A stretch of DNA of 64,000 bases from a bacterium (GTDB taxonomy: Bacteria > Patescibacteriota > Saccharimonadia > CAILAD01 > GCA-016700035). The position numbers and the translations under genes were made by a program. A model generated the notes under the pieces. That model ran no database searches. It worked only from the letters and a program-made list of their open reading frames with translations, and had not been told where the DNA came from. Location of the stretch: contig CP064998.1 in NCBI GenBank assembly GCA_016700035.1, positions 135,021 through 199,020 of the forward strand, read 5' to 3'. Of this stretch, positions 36,567-46,276 are shown in pieces. Positions within the stretch are counted from its first letter, which is position 1, and each line of letters opens with the position of its first letter.

Positions 36567-38085
36567 TAGTCTGCGCCCTGTAGAGACTGTTCTTAAATTG
36601 GAGTGCTTCAGAAAGATGGGTGGCTTCAATAAGGGTAGAATCTTCCAGATCGGCAATGGTGCGTGCAACTTTTAGCGTGCGTGCGGCGCTACGTTGAGAA
36701 ATGCCAAAGTGATTGAGGGCGGTTTCAATAAGTTTTTTAGCATCTGGGCTAACATTACAGATAGTGGAGAGTTTTTGTGGAGGAATATTATTATTTGTTT
36801 TGTATGGTTCATTGGTGAAGCGCTTACTCTGAATAACCCGAGCTTTTTCTATTCTTGTGCGTAGGTATTGAGAGTTAATAGTTTCCTCTACTGTCTCTAG
36901 TGGGCTGGATACAGAGGGGCTTGATATAAAGCAATGCATATCGAAACGGTCTAGTAGTGGGCCCGATATTCTACCTTGATAACGAGAGATTGCCGATGGA
37001 CTACAGGTGCAACTCTGTTGTACGGAACCAAAGTAGCCACATGGGCAAGGATTCATGGCGCCCAGCAAGATAAAATTTGCAGGATAAGTAAGTGCAGTTT
37101 GGGCACGGGCAATATGAACTACATTATCTTCAATTGGTTGTCGGAGGGCTTCTAGGACGGAGCGTCTAAATTCTGGTAGTTCATCTAAGAAGAGGACTCC
37201 ATGATGAGATAGTGTTACTTCGCCTGGCTTTGGTATTTGCCCACCACCAACGAGTGCCACATCACTGGCGGTATGGTGTGGTGAGCGCATGGGGCGCGCT
37301 AAAGAATACTGGTAGCTTTCATTGTATATACCATGTAGATAAGTGACTTCTGCTAGTTCTTCGGTATCAAGATCGGGAAGGATAGATGTGAAAGCATGAG
37401 CCAATAGGGTTTTTCCGCTTCCCGGCGGACCAATAAGGAGCACATTGTGTTCACCGGCGGCTGCAATTTCTAAGGCTCGCTTAGGCATCTGTAGGCCTTT
37501 AACACTCGAGAAGTCGGTGTAGGATGGCTGTTTGTTAGCCTGTGGTTTTGGAGCTGGATAATTAGGTTGGTTGTCTTCACTTGCGAGCCAGCGATATATT
37601 TCACGTAGGGTTTTTGCTCGTACAACTTGAATACCAGGGTTAATTTTGGCTGGTAGTGCTGGTGTGTCGTGGGCGATTACGATAGTTTCACAATCCAGCT
37701 TATTTGCCGTAATGATACTAGCGATAGTATCTCTTGTGGTGCGTAGCTCGCCATTCAGCGACAGCTCTGCAGCAAAAAAGATGCTATTTGGCTGTTCAGG
37801 GATCTGTTTGGAGGCTATCAGGATGCCGATGGCCATGGCTAGCTCAAAACCAGTGCCATGCTTGGCGGTATCGGCTGGTGCTAGATTGAGAACAATTTTT
37901 CGAGCCGGGAATTCAAGGCCACTGTTACGAATTGCGCTACGCAATCGTTCGCGTGACTCCTCTACACTTTTTGAAGGCAATCCAACCAGTGATATACCGG
38001 GTAAGCCGGCAAAAATATCGGCTTCTATAGTAATACGATGAGGTTTTGCGCCATAGTGTGTGATAGCGTGTGTTCGTGCTAGCAT
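36547..38085 (-). CDS. Mg-chelatase-like AAA+ protein, YifB/ComM family
   Basis: Lon-like N-domain, Walker A LLIGPPGSGKT, C-terminal Mg_chelatase_C-like region. Confidence 0.85.
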   Translation of the reverse strand: MLARTHAITHYGAKPHRITIEADIFAGLPGISLVGLPSKSVEESRERLRSAIRNSGLEFPARKIVLNLAPADTAKHGTGFELAMAIGILIASKQIPEQPNSIFFAAELSLNGELRTTRDTIASIITANKLDCETIVIAHDTPALPAKINPGIQVVRAKTLREIYRWLASEDNQPNYPAPKPQANKQPSYTDFSSVKGLQMPKRALEIAAAGEHNVLLIGPPGSGKTLLAHAFTSILPDLDTEELAEVTYLHGIYNESYQYSLARPMRSPHHTASDVALVGGGQIPKPGEVTLSHHGVLFLDELPEFRRSVLEALRQPIEDNVVHIARAQTALTYPANFILLGAMNPCPCGYFGSVQQSCTCSPSAISRYQGRISGPLLDRFDMHCFISSPSVSSPLETVEETINSQYLRTRIEKARVIQSKRFTNEPYKTNNNIPPQKLSTICNVSPDAKKLIETALNHFGISQRSAARTLKVARTIADLEDSTLIEATHLSEALQFKNSLYRAQTITAPIE

Positions 38086-38161
38086 AGCTTGTGTACCTGA
38101 TTAATTACGAACACTATACCGAACAAAAAATATATAAACAAGCTTGAGCGTTATACTTAAC

Positions 38162-39199
38162 TTATCGATACCATTCAGCGGATGCTTCGGGTGGAATAGT
38201 ATTAATTATGACGCCCGTCGAGACCTCTAGGCCACCCCAGGGTGAAACAACATTACGACCCTTAAATTTGAGAGTTATCCTCTGGTGGGCTACCAATCCC
38301 TCTTCTATTGAGAGGTTATAGTTAATGTTATTAGAGTTCAGTTTATAGGTAATTTGTTTCACTAGTGGTGCTAGGGTTGCGATTTCATGGCCTTCTAGGT
38401 CGCTGAGGTGGATTTTTTGGTACTTTGGCATAATCCAGGCCTCCATTTGCCACTGCGGTGCATAGGGAGAAAAAGCTAGCCAGTCATTATTTTCGGCGAT
38501 AATACGAAGGTTCTCACGTTTTTCAAAGTGAATAATATCATCATATGGGTCACGACTATTGTCTAGTACGAATTTTTGGATGGTGTGGGCTTCTTCGCGC
38601 AGTCGAGGCGGCTCAAATGGTAGTGCAAAAATCTGAGAATGGGCATGCGCCAGTGAAGCACCTGCTTCATAGCCATCATTTCGAAAGATACTGACGTATT
38701 TAATGTGCGGCATGTCATGGAGAGCTTGAGAACGAGCTTGGTAGGTGAGGAGTATTTTTTCAATTTGCCCAACTGGTAATTCACCAAGTGCGGTATTACG
38801 TAGAGGGGTATCAATTACAATTTCTTGTGAGCCGTAGGCGTCAGGATTATCTATGGTGAGAGCAGGGAACTTATTGGCTACAACTTTTACAGCCCAGCCA
38901 TCACCCCGTTCATTTGGGAGGGTATAGATTTCCTCTTGCAGGTCAAGACGAGGTGAACTGGAGGTCTCCACTAGGGGATGGTCGCTACTGACGGCATCAT
39001 AGGGGCGCCCGGCACGTTTGGGTGCAATGAGAACATAATAATCGTGTATATAATCACGCCGAACCTCTGTTTTCATACCTTCTGTTTTTAAGTCTAATTG
39101 GTTATGCGATGAAGATGTGCTATTGGTGGACGATCCTTGCAGTGAGGATTCTTCAGGAGTATTGAATGGCTGTATTGGGGTTGGTGTAAAGTTGTTCAT
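38162..39199 (-). CDS. galactose-1-phosphate uridylyltransferase-like (HIT superfamily branch III) nucleotidyltransferase/phosphorylase
   Basis: active-site-like H-A-H-S-Q (LAHAHSQIFA) and GalT-like N-terminal half. Confidence 0.6.
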   Translation of the reverse strand: MNNFTPTPIQPFNTPEESSLQGSSTNSTSSSHNQLDLKTEGMKTEVRRDYIHDYYVLIAPKRAGRPYDAVSSDHPLVETSSSPRLDLQEEIYTLPNERGDGWAVKVVANKFPALTIDNPDAYGSQEIVIDTPLRNTALGELPVGQIEKILLTYQARSQALHDMPHIKYVSIFRNDGYEAGASLAHAHSQIFALPFEPPRLREEAHTIQKFVLDNSRDPYDDIIHFEKRENLRIIAENNDWLAFSPYAPQWQMEAWIMPKYQKIHLSDLEGHEIATLAPLVKQITYKLNSNNINYNLSIEEGLVAHQRITLKFKGRNVVSPWGGLEVSTGVIINTIPPEASAEWYR

Positions 39200-39238
39200 T
39201 ACACTTATGATACCCGAAGCAGAGATAAAACGTAAGTA

Positions 39239-40381
39239 CTATGAGTCTTGCGTAAGCCTTGCCGCAAGAAAGTGGAGGATAGTATAAGCTGCTTCAGGAT
39301 GGCTAATCTCCGTCAGACGAGCAACATAGGCTTGGTAGTCTTTTTGAATCTCGCTAATAGCCGTGATAATTTCACTGCTTTTGCGAGCAATATGGCCAAT
39401 TTTATAGCGTTCAACAAGCTCAGCGTTGCCTTCTTCTTGACCAGGGATAACTTTATTGATGATAAGTGGTTTTTTAGCAGCTATACATTCCATAACTGTC
39501 GAACCACCAGCTTTAGTAATGACGATGTCGCTTGCTTTAATGAGCTGTGGCATATTATTTGTCCAGCCAATTAGGTGTCTATTGGGGGTTTCCCAGAAAT
39601 TATATTCTTTAATTTGACGATGTAATTCTTTATCTCGTCCAGTAACAACGACGAGAGTCATTTCAGGATAATGAGTGTCGATAGCTCGTATCACACGCAG
39701 TACATAAGGGGCGCGTAGGGCAGATGCACTGAACAATATTATTTTCCTATCTATTGATATGTGTTTTTTACTTAGTATTGATGTAATATCCTCATCATTA
39801 TTCATAAAACTTTCATGCACAGGGTAGCCAAGAGAGAATATTTTATTATTACTTACACCAAGCTGATGGAGGCTAGAGGCTGTTGGTTCGTTAGCCACCA
39901 GATAAAAATCGCTATCAGGAATTGTCCAGGATGAATGAACTGAGATAGAGTCTGTAATGAGTGTAGCAAATTCTAGATTAGGAAATGACTTCTTTGAAAT
40001 TTGCAAAGCCAGGTATTGCCAGACCGGATAGTTTGAAATTATAAGATCTGGATTATATGAAGATAGGAGGTTTTTAAGATGATTTTGCCTTAACGGGTAG
40101 CTCAGTAAGTTAGCAAGCCGAATTGGTGTATGGGTGATGTCGGTCGAAACATACATCCATTTATAAAGGGCGGGAAGGTGTTTTGTATTGATTTCGTATA
40201 GTTTCTTCGATGTTTTATTAAATAGTTTGCCAATTTCTTCAGAAAAATCGATAATTTTTACATCAATCAATAGCTCAGGGTGGTTGATAGCGACATTTTT
40301 TAAGGCCTTAGCTGTTGCGAGATGCCCCTGGCCAAATGATGATGATAGAATGAGTATTGTTTTTTTTACATCTTTACTCAT
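39239..40381 (-). CDS. glycosyltransferase family 28 (MGDG synthase / UgtP-like diacylglycerol glycosyltransferase)
   Basis: N-terminus KTILILSSSFGQGHLATAKAL resembles the MGDG-synthase N-domain; GT-B C-terminal half. Confidence 0.65.
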   Translation of the reverse strand: MSKDVKKTILILSSSFGQGHLATAKALKNVAINHPELLIDVKIIDFSEEIGKLFNKTSKKLYEINTKHLPALYKWMYVSTDITHTPIRLANLLSYPLRQNHLKNLLSSYNPDLIISNYPVWQYLALQISKKSFPNLEFATLITDSISVHSSWTIPDSDFYLVANEPTASSLHQLGVSNNKIFSLGYPVHESFMNNDEDITSILSKKHISIDRKIILFSASALRAPYVLRVIRAIDTHYPEMTLVVVTGRDKELHRQIKEYNFWETPNRHLIGWTNNMPQLIKASDIVITKAGGSTVMECIAAKKPLIINKVIPGQEEGNAELVERYKIGHIARKSSEIITAISEIQKDYQAYVARLTEISHPEAAYTILHFLAARLTQDS

Positions 40382-40384
40382 GTT

Positions 40385-41602
40385 CTAGACAACCCTCTGA
40401 TATATTTTTTCTAGCTTAGTAGCCTGATGGTCAATTGTGAATTTGGATGCTTTTTTATGTGCGGCATCACCCATCTTTTTGCGTAGCGTGGGGTTATGGG
40501 CGAGCTTTAAGATGGCTTGAGCAAAAGGTTCTGGTTTAGGTGGAGTTAGGATGCCGGATACATCGGCCTCTGCAACAAGCGAGATGTCGGGGTCTGAATA
40601 GATGAGTGGTATATGTGCATAAGCAGCTTCATTTAGTACAAGGGCTTGAGTGTCGGTCATGGATGGGAAGGCAAAGATGTCAGCGTAGGAATATCTATCC
40701 AGGGCTTCTTCTCTAGGCAATCCACCAGTTGTAACGGCAGCTCGTGCTAGGCCTAGCTCTCGGATACGAGCTCGCATACGCGGCAGATAGGGTCCAGGCC
40801 CTACCACGCATAATCTCAAGCTGGGATCTTTCTTATAGGCTATGGCAAAGGCCTTAAGAAGGACATTCATATTCTTTTCTTGCGCAACACGCCCAACATA
40901 AAGAACCGTTGTAGTTTTATCATCTTTATTCTTAGGGGCTTTTTTACGAGATGAAAATTCTTCTGGATTCATACCGGTTGGTAAGATTGTAATAGGGTGG
41001 GTCACACCATAACTCAGAAGTTTTTCTTTCATTTTTGCGGAAGGGACTATAGCTTCATCAAAGGCATCTACTGAGGTGCGAATAAGATTTTGCACCATTG
41101 ATTGATTCCACTTATCAAATGATCGCTTAGGCTTCACTCCTTGTAGTGTTTCTGGCCAAGATTTTGGCTGATTAACTACTAGTGGACCAATTAATGATGC
41201 TGTGAGAATACCAGCCCACATACCACGATAGACTTTGGCATATTCTTCATAGTCGGTGTGGTAGCTAAAAACTGAAGGCATTTTATTCTCGGACATCAGG
41301 CGCATTCCAGCAAGGCCAGTTTGACCATTGGTGTGGAAGTGGTACAGATCAACATCTAGTTCTTTTATGATTCGGCCGTATTTTGGTGTTAGGATGCCGT
41401 CGCGCAAGCCCTTATGCCAAACACTTGGGATAGATGGAAGGCGAATGACATCAGGATGGTCATTGACTGGCTGATCACTGGCTGGAGCTACAATATAAAT
41501 ACGGTGGCCACGTTTGCGTAGAGCGTCAGCAAAAAGATCGATGGCAGCCGTTACACCATTTAGTGATGGTGTATAAAAGTCGGTAAAAAATACAATCTTC
41601 AT
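40385..41602 (-). CDS. glycosyltransferase family 4 (GT-B)
   Basis: MKIVFFTDFYTPSLNGV... N-terminus and GT4 C-terminal motifs. Confidence 0.8.
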   Translation of the reverse strand: MKIVFFTDFYTPSLNGVTAAIDLFADALRKRGHRIYIVAPASDQPVNDHPDVIRLPSIPSVWHKGLRDGILTPKYGRIIKELDVDLYHFHTNGQTGLAGMRLMSENKMPSVFSYHTDYEEYAKVYRGMWAGILTASLIGPLVVNQPKSWPETLQGVKPKRSFDKWNQSMVQNLIRTSVDAFDEAIVPSAKMKEKLLSYGVTHPITILPTGMNPEEFSSRKKAPKNKDDKTTTVLYVGRVAQEKNMNVLLKAFAIAYKKDPSLRLCVVGPGPYLPRMRARIRELGLARAAVTTGGLPREEALDRYSYADIFAFPSMTDTQALVLNEAAYAHIPLIYSDPDISLVAEADVSGILTPPKPEPFAQAILKLAHNPTLRKKMGDAAHKKASKFTIDHQATKLEKIYQRVV

Positions 41603-42621
41603 GAGTAGTCACCAATCAAGCTTTTGTATAGAGTCTTATAGCGATGTACTAGTGTTTCAGATGCATAGCGTAGAGCTAGCTCTTCTGATAATTTTTGTTG
41701 TTTTTTATACAACTTATTGTCTGTGATGAGTTTTTTTATGATCGCAGTAAATTCTTTATTCGTTTTGGCGTGCTGGTAAGTGCCGGAAAAGATATCTTTA
41801 TATACCGGAATATCGCGCAATATAACGGGGAGTCCGCAGGCTGCAGCTTCTACTACCACGAGGCCAAATGTTTCTTGGTAAGATGGTAGCCAAAATACAT
41901 CTGCTAGGTGATATAGTTTACGCGCTGTTTCAAGCTCAACAACGCCAGTAAAGGTTACGTTATTAGGTGCCGAGGCCATCATTTGCTCCATATCGGAAGT
42001 TTTATCGGCGAACTTACCAAAAGGAATTCCGCCAATCCATAAAAAATGATAGTCAGTTAGTTGTTCTGCCACTAAGCGCCAATCGGCAACTCCTTTGCGA
42101 GGTTGAACCTGGCCACTACAGACAATAACCGGCTTATCGGCCGGTACGTTAAAATGCCGGCGTAGAGAGGATAATTCATGTTCGGCTGGTCGATTAAAAT
42201 TTGATAATTCAATCATATTTGGGATAACACTCATCGGTTTTCGAATACCGAGCTCTCGTAACTCCATTTCTGTATTAGGGCTGACGCAGATAATATGGTC
42301 GGCTTGGCTATAAACAAATTTAAGATATTTTTTTGCTAGAGGTGCCCAAAGCTTTGCGCCCTTTAGGCTGCCTATGAATGAACCTGGAGTAACATGGGCA
42401 TTGATGATACGGCCTTGTTTAGCCAGCTTGAACTTCCGCCAACCATAGGGCCCGACTGTGTGTACGTGTACAATGTCTGACGGACGCTTGGAGTTAATCT
42501 TGACGCTGTATGGGGTGTATTTTTTAAGGGCGCTAACGTGTTCCTCGAAGGCAGTATGGACGCCATGCCCCCGCACCGTAAAGACGCTTTCGCTCACAAC
42601 ATTTACGCTAATTGGTTTCAT
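41599..42621 (-). CDS. glycosyltransferase family 4 (GT-B)
   Basis: GT4 C-terminal motif ETFGLVVVEAAACGLPVI; ATGA-type overlap with the downstream GT4. Confidence 0.8.
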   Translation of the reverse strand: MKPISVNVVSESVFTVRGHGVHTAFEEHVSALKKYTPYSVKINSKRPSDIVHVHTVGPYGWRKFKLAKQGRIINAHVTPGSFIGSLKGAKLWAPLAKKYLKFVYSQADHIICVSPNTEMELRELGIRKPMSVIPNMIELSNFNRPAEHELSSLRRHFNVPADKPVIVCSGQVQPRKGVADWRLVAEQLTDYHFLWIGGIPFGKFADKTSDMEQMMASAPNNVTFTGVVELETARKLYHLADVFWLPSYQETFGLVVVEAAACGLPVILRDIPVYKDIFSGTYQHAKTNKEFTAIIKKLITDNKLYKKQQKLSEELALRYASETLVHRYKTLYKSLIGDYS

Positions 42622-42662
42622 ACCTAAAATCCTACCATATTACAGCTAAGAAAGCTTATGCC

Positions 42663-42691
42663 TTTACGAAATATTTAATAAATGGCATAAT
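42663..42691 (+). promoter_or_regulatory. candidate ssrA promoter (TTTACG-17-CATAAT)
   Basis: hexamers positioned about 10 nt upstream of the tmRNA 5' GGGGCUG. Confidence 0.35.
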
Positions 42692-42701
42692 AGATGGTCT
42701 T

Positions 42702-43105
42702 GGGGCTGACATTAGCTTCGACAGAGTGATCATTGACAGGCATATCTCGCAAGCCGGGTTGAGATGAACGTTATCCGTCTCATATCAATAAGTGTAAACT
42801 CACTTGTTAGCAAGGTACGCAGTGCTTTTGTAGCACCCGCTCTTGCACCAGCTTTCGCTTAATTCGTGGAAGCCATCCTGTAAGCTCATACTAGCTAGAG
42901 CTTCAATGGGTGTCATATCTTTGCTAGTTGCTTCAAGGCGTGTTCTGTGTCCGCGTTTTGACTAAGACTTTAGATATCGGGAAAGGCGTGAGGATTGGTT
43001 CGTTTTTGTCTCGCTGTCTTTCTAAAACAAGTTAAGCGAACTAAGCTTGTAGTGAGTATGCGTGGCACACACTGGACGAGGGTGCGATTCCCTCCAGCTC
43101 CACCA
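42702..43105 (+). ncRNA. ssrA: tmRNA (SsrA)
   Basis: 5' GGGGCUGACAUUAGCUUCGACAG and 3' GGACGAGGGUGCGAUUCCCUCCAGCUCCACCA (tRNA-Ala-like T-arm/acceptor); internal ORF ending ...GCACCCGCUCUUGCACCAGCUUUCGCUUAA (tag about ...APALAPAFA*). Confidence 0.8.
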
Positions 43106-43419
43106 AAAGGGACTTTCGAGCATTTCGGAGGTCTTTTTTGTTTATTAAATTTAATGATTGTGCTGGCTTGAGCCTTAGGCTGCTTGAGCTTCTGTAATAA
43201 TTTTTTAAATGCCATAATTAATTATTCATCAATACATACTATGTTATGATGACATACTTTACTTATATATTATATCAGTAGTTATTAGGATTGCTGCATG
43301 GTGAGTGATGGTAATTTGTGTAGGTTTGTAATTAAATTTAGTATATTGTTGTAAAAAATATCACACTATATTATTCTATACTATACTATAGATGTACCTT
43401 GTAGAGAAAGGAAGATGGC

Positions 43420-44232
43420 ATGACGATGCCGGTCGATCTGGTTTTGGTCCGACATGGACAATCCGAACAGAACTTAGCTGTGCAAGCGGCTAAAAATGGC
43501 GATATAAGCCTCATTACAGACGAATATCGGCAAACTCCAGATTCGCAGTTTCGACTTTCGGCCAAAGGTCGTGATCAAGCTCGGGAAACGGGTGAGTGGT
43601 TACGGCATAATGGGCTTGGCTATTTTGAGCGTCGCTATGTTTCAGACTATGTTCGAGCTAAGGAAACAGCCGGCTATTTGCAGCTGATGGGTCCAGATTG
43701 GTACGTAGATCCTTCCTTGCGTGAGCGTGAATGGGGTTCTCTGGAAGGTTTGAGCTGGGAGGACTTAGAAGACAAGATAAGGCATGATGCGCAAGTGCGA
43801 CACAAGGACCCGTTTTACTGGGTACCCCCGAATGGTGAATCGATCGCGCAATTGACAGTGCGCTTGCGTATACTGCTCGATACATTGCATCGTGAGTGTA
43901 GCGATATGCGTGTTGTTGTGGTGTGTCACGGTGAGGTGATGTGGGCCCTGCGTTTTATGCTTGAACGCATGTCGGTTACTACCTGGGAAGCACTAGAGTC
44001 CTCTCAAGAACCTGGTGTGGCAATCTATAATTGCCAGATTTTGCATTACACGAGGCGGGATCCGGAGTCGGGGGCATTGGCGCCACATTTGGATTGGATG
44101 CGCTCACTCTGTCCTTGTCAGCCACCCAACAATGGTCCTGGTTGGCAGAGGATTGTACGCGAAACTTTCTCAAATGATGAGCTTTTGGATCAGGCAAGCA
44201 AATCTCCTCATCTTTTTAGAGTGAATTACTAG
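43420..44232 (+). CDS. histidine phosphatase family protein (phosphoglycerate-mutase-like)
   Basis: LVLVRHGQSEQN (RHG catalytic motif). Confidence 0.75.
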   Translation: MTMPVDLVLVRHGQSEQNLAVQAAKNGDISLITDEYRQTPDSQFRLSAKGRDQARETGEWLRHNGLGYFERRYVSDYVRAKETAGYLQLMGPDWYVDPSLREREWGSLEGLSWEDLEDKIRHDAQVRHKDPFYWVPPNGESIAQLTVRLRILLDTLHRECSDMRVVVVCHGEVMWALRFMLERMSVTTWEALESSQEPGVAIYNCQILHYTRRDPESGALAPHLDWMRSLCPCQPPNNGPGWQRIVRETFSNDELLDQASKSPHLFRVNY

Positions 44233-44283
44233 AGCCTGTGGGCGACTTTTAAAGGGTCGCCTTTTTATATTAATAACCTGGTG

Positions 44284-46113
44284 TTAATTAGTAATTGTTA
44301 TGATCTTTTCTCGAGCCATACTTTGAATGCCGGTAGTTGTAGTGAGGTAGTTTTGAATAATCCAAGTACCTGGTATTAGGTTTGCACTATATATGTCTTG
44401 CTGAAGGTTTCGTGTACCAACTGGATTAAAGTTTGGTGTAATAGTGACTATTTGGTTTGTCTGCTGGTTAATAGCTCGTGTTGTACACAATACATCGTTA
44501 GTGTAAGAGGTACAGGTAGAGTTGAATTTATCATATTCATATCCATCTAAGACTTTATCCAGTTGAGAGAGTGATATGAGTGATGTTGATATGGGTGATC
44601 CATATAATGATGTAGCTGATACATCATTAAGTGCTGATAAGGTATTAAGCAGGCCATACCCATAGTATTTCGTGAAATTTGCTCCACCCATTGGTGTGAG
44701 TTTTGTGGCGGTGCTTATTAAGGCATTATTTACTTGAGCTGGCGTAAGGGTTGGATTTTGAGACAATAGTAGGGCCACGGCACCAGCCACCAATGGACTT
44801 GAAAATGATGTGCCATTAAGTCCACAAGTGTTGAGTCCGGTAGTAGCTGTGTTGGTCCAAATCACCGAACACAAGTTTACGCCAGGTGCTACTATATCTA
44901 GATTGGTTCCGTAGCTAGAAAAACCAGCAAGGCCATTGGCTGCATTGGTTGCACCAACAGCGATAACGCTTGGATAGCGTGCAGGGTAAGAGACGCAGTC
45001 ACAACCATCATTACCAGATGCAGCAATCACAATAACTCCATTTTGGGTTGCGTAATCAATTTGCTCAGAAACTAAAGGGTCGTCAGAGTTAGTACCAAGG
45101 CTCATGTTGATAATATTCACTCCTTGATCTACTGCGTAGCGTATACCCAGGGCAACACTTATTGTGTCACCATCGCCACTATCATCTAGGACTTGGACCG
45201 GTAGCACTTTGGACCCCCAGCTCATACCAGATCCCCCAATACTATTATTGGCTCGCCCAGCGATTAGGCTGGAGACAGCTGTACCGTGGTAGGCAGCGCT
45301 AGAATTTGGAGTAAACTGACCGGCAGCCACATTATTACTATCACTAACAAAATTCCAACCCCTATAGTTATCGATGTAGCCGTCATTATCATCGTCGATA
45401 TTATTACATCGTTTATCTAGAGTTAAGGAGCGACTAGTGCAGTTAGGGGTAGGGCCTTCACTGGCTGTAATACCTAATTCATTACTGTTTTCGGCCCACT
45501 TACCTGTAAGGTCGGTGACATTCAGACCAAAGCCAGTATCAATAACAGCTGTAGTGATATTTGCATTACCAGTTTGATGGTTCCAGGCTGGTAGGGTATT
45601 GGTACTACTGAAGTGCCACTGGTTGGCTTGCAGAGGGTCTGTCGGTGTAAGTAGTGCCTTATATGGTTGGTTTACAAAGCTATCCATACCAGAATGCGCA
45701 ATCAGGTTGGCCGCGCGTACGCTGTAGGCGTTAAGTTCTGGAAGTGGCGTGAGCTCCGATGCGGAAAGGTTGTTTTGGGCAAGAAAAGTTTGCTTAACTC
45801 GGTCATTTTGGAAACGCACAACATGTGTGGTTACTTTTGTGGCCATGGATGGGGCGACAACAGGTGGTATGGCGCTGGTAGTTGGGTAAGGTGTTGGTGT
45901 GTTTGATTGCTTCGCTTCAGAGTTTTGAGACAGCGGTGCGTGAGCCGGCGGTGCAAGCGATCGAGGCACCGTCTGTATGATACTGAGACTTATTACGAGA
46001 GACAGAACAACAACTCTAGATAGCCATCTCCATATGAGTAGGTTGGTATTTTTGTTTGGGTTTATGGGTTTGTTGCCAGGATTTTTGTATGGTTTGAGCA
46101 TATGTATATTCAT
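44284..46113 (-). CDS. subtilisin-like serine protease (peptidase S8), N-terminal signal anchor
   Basis: catalytic triad contexts VIDTGF (Asp), HGTAVSSLIAG (His), GTSFSSPLVAGAVALL (Ser). Confidence 0.85.
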   Translation of the reverse strand: MNIHMLKPYKNPGNKPINPNKNTNLLIWRWLSRVVVLSLVISLSIIQTVPRSLAPPAHAPLSQNSEAKQSNTPTPYPTTSAIPPVVAPSMATKVTTHVVRFQNDRVKQTFLAQNNLSASELTPLPELNAYSVRAANLIAHSGMDSFVNQPYKALLTPTDPLQANQWHFSSTNTLPAWNHQTGNANITTAVIDTGFGLNVTDLTGKWAENSNELGITASEGPTPNCTSRSLTLDKRCNNIDDDNDGYIDNYRGWNFVSDSNNVAAGQFTPNSSAAYHGTAVSSLIAGRANNSIGGSGMSWGSKVLPVQVLDDSGDGDTISVALGIRYAVDQGVNIINMSLGTNSDDPLVSEQIDYATQNGVIVIAASGNDGCDCVSYPARYPSVIAVGATNAANGLAGFSSYGTNLDIVAPGVNLCSVIWTNTATTGLNTCGLNGTSFSSPLVAGAVALLLSQNPTLTPAQVNNALISTATKLTPMGGANFTKYYGYGLLNTLSALNDVSATSLYGSPISTSLISLSQLDKVLDGYEYDKFNSTCTSYTNDVLCTTRAINQQTNQIVTITPNFNPVGTRNLQQDIYSANLIPGTWIIQNYLTTTTGIQSMAREKIITITN

Positions 46114-46276
46114 TGCGTGCTTTTATATGGAGGATTGTTTTAGTATTATCCTCACTTTATACCTCTATTGCTTTTGAAGCAACACTACTTATGCTTTTTA
46201 TATGATTATTTGAGATAAATAAGTATTCAATTTGTGGTATAGTAAATAGTGATCTAGCATAAGCATTTATTTAATC

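Noticed and set aside
42970-43215. 81-aa minus-strand ORF
   Set aside because: Overlaps the 3' tRNA-like domain of tmRNA.
42621-43420. Genomic island integrated at ssrA
   Set aside because: No integrase/recombinase gene and no downstream direct repeat of the tmRNA 3' end found; only an AT-rich spacer.
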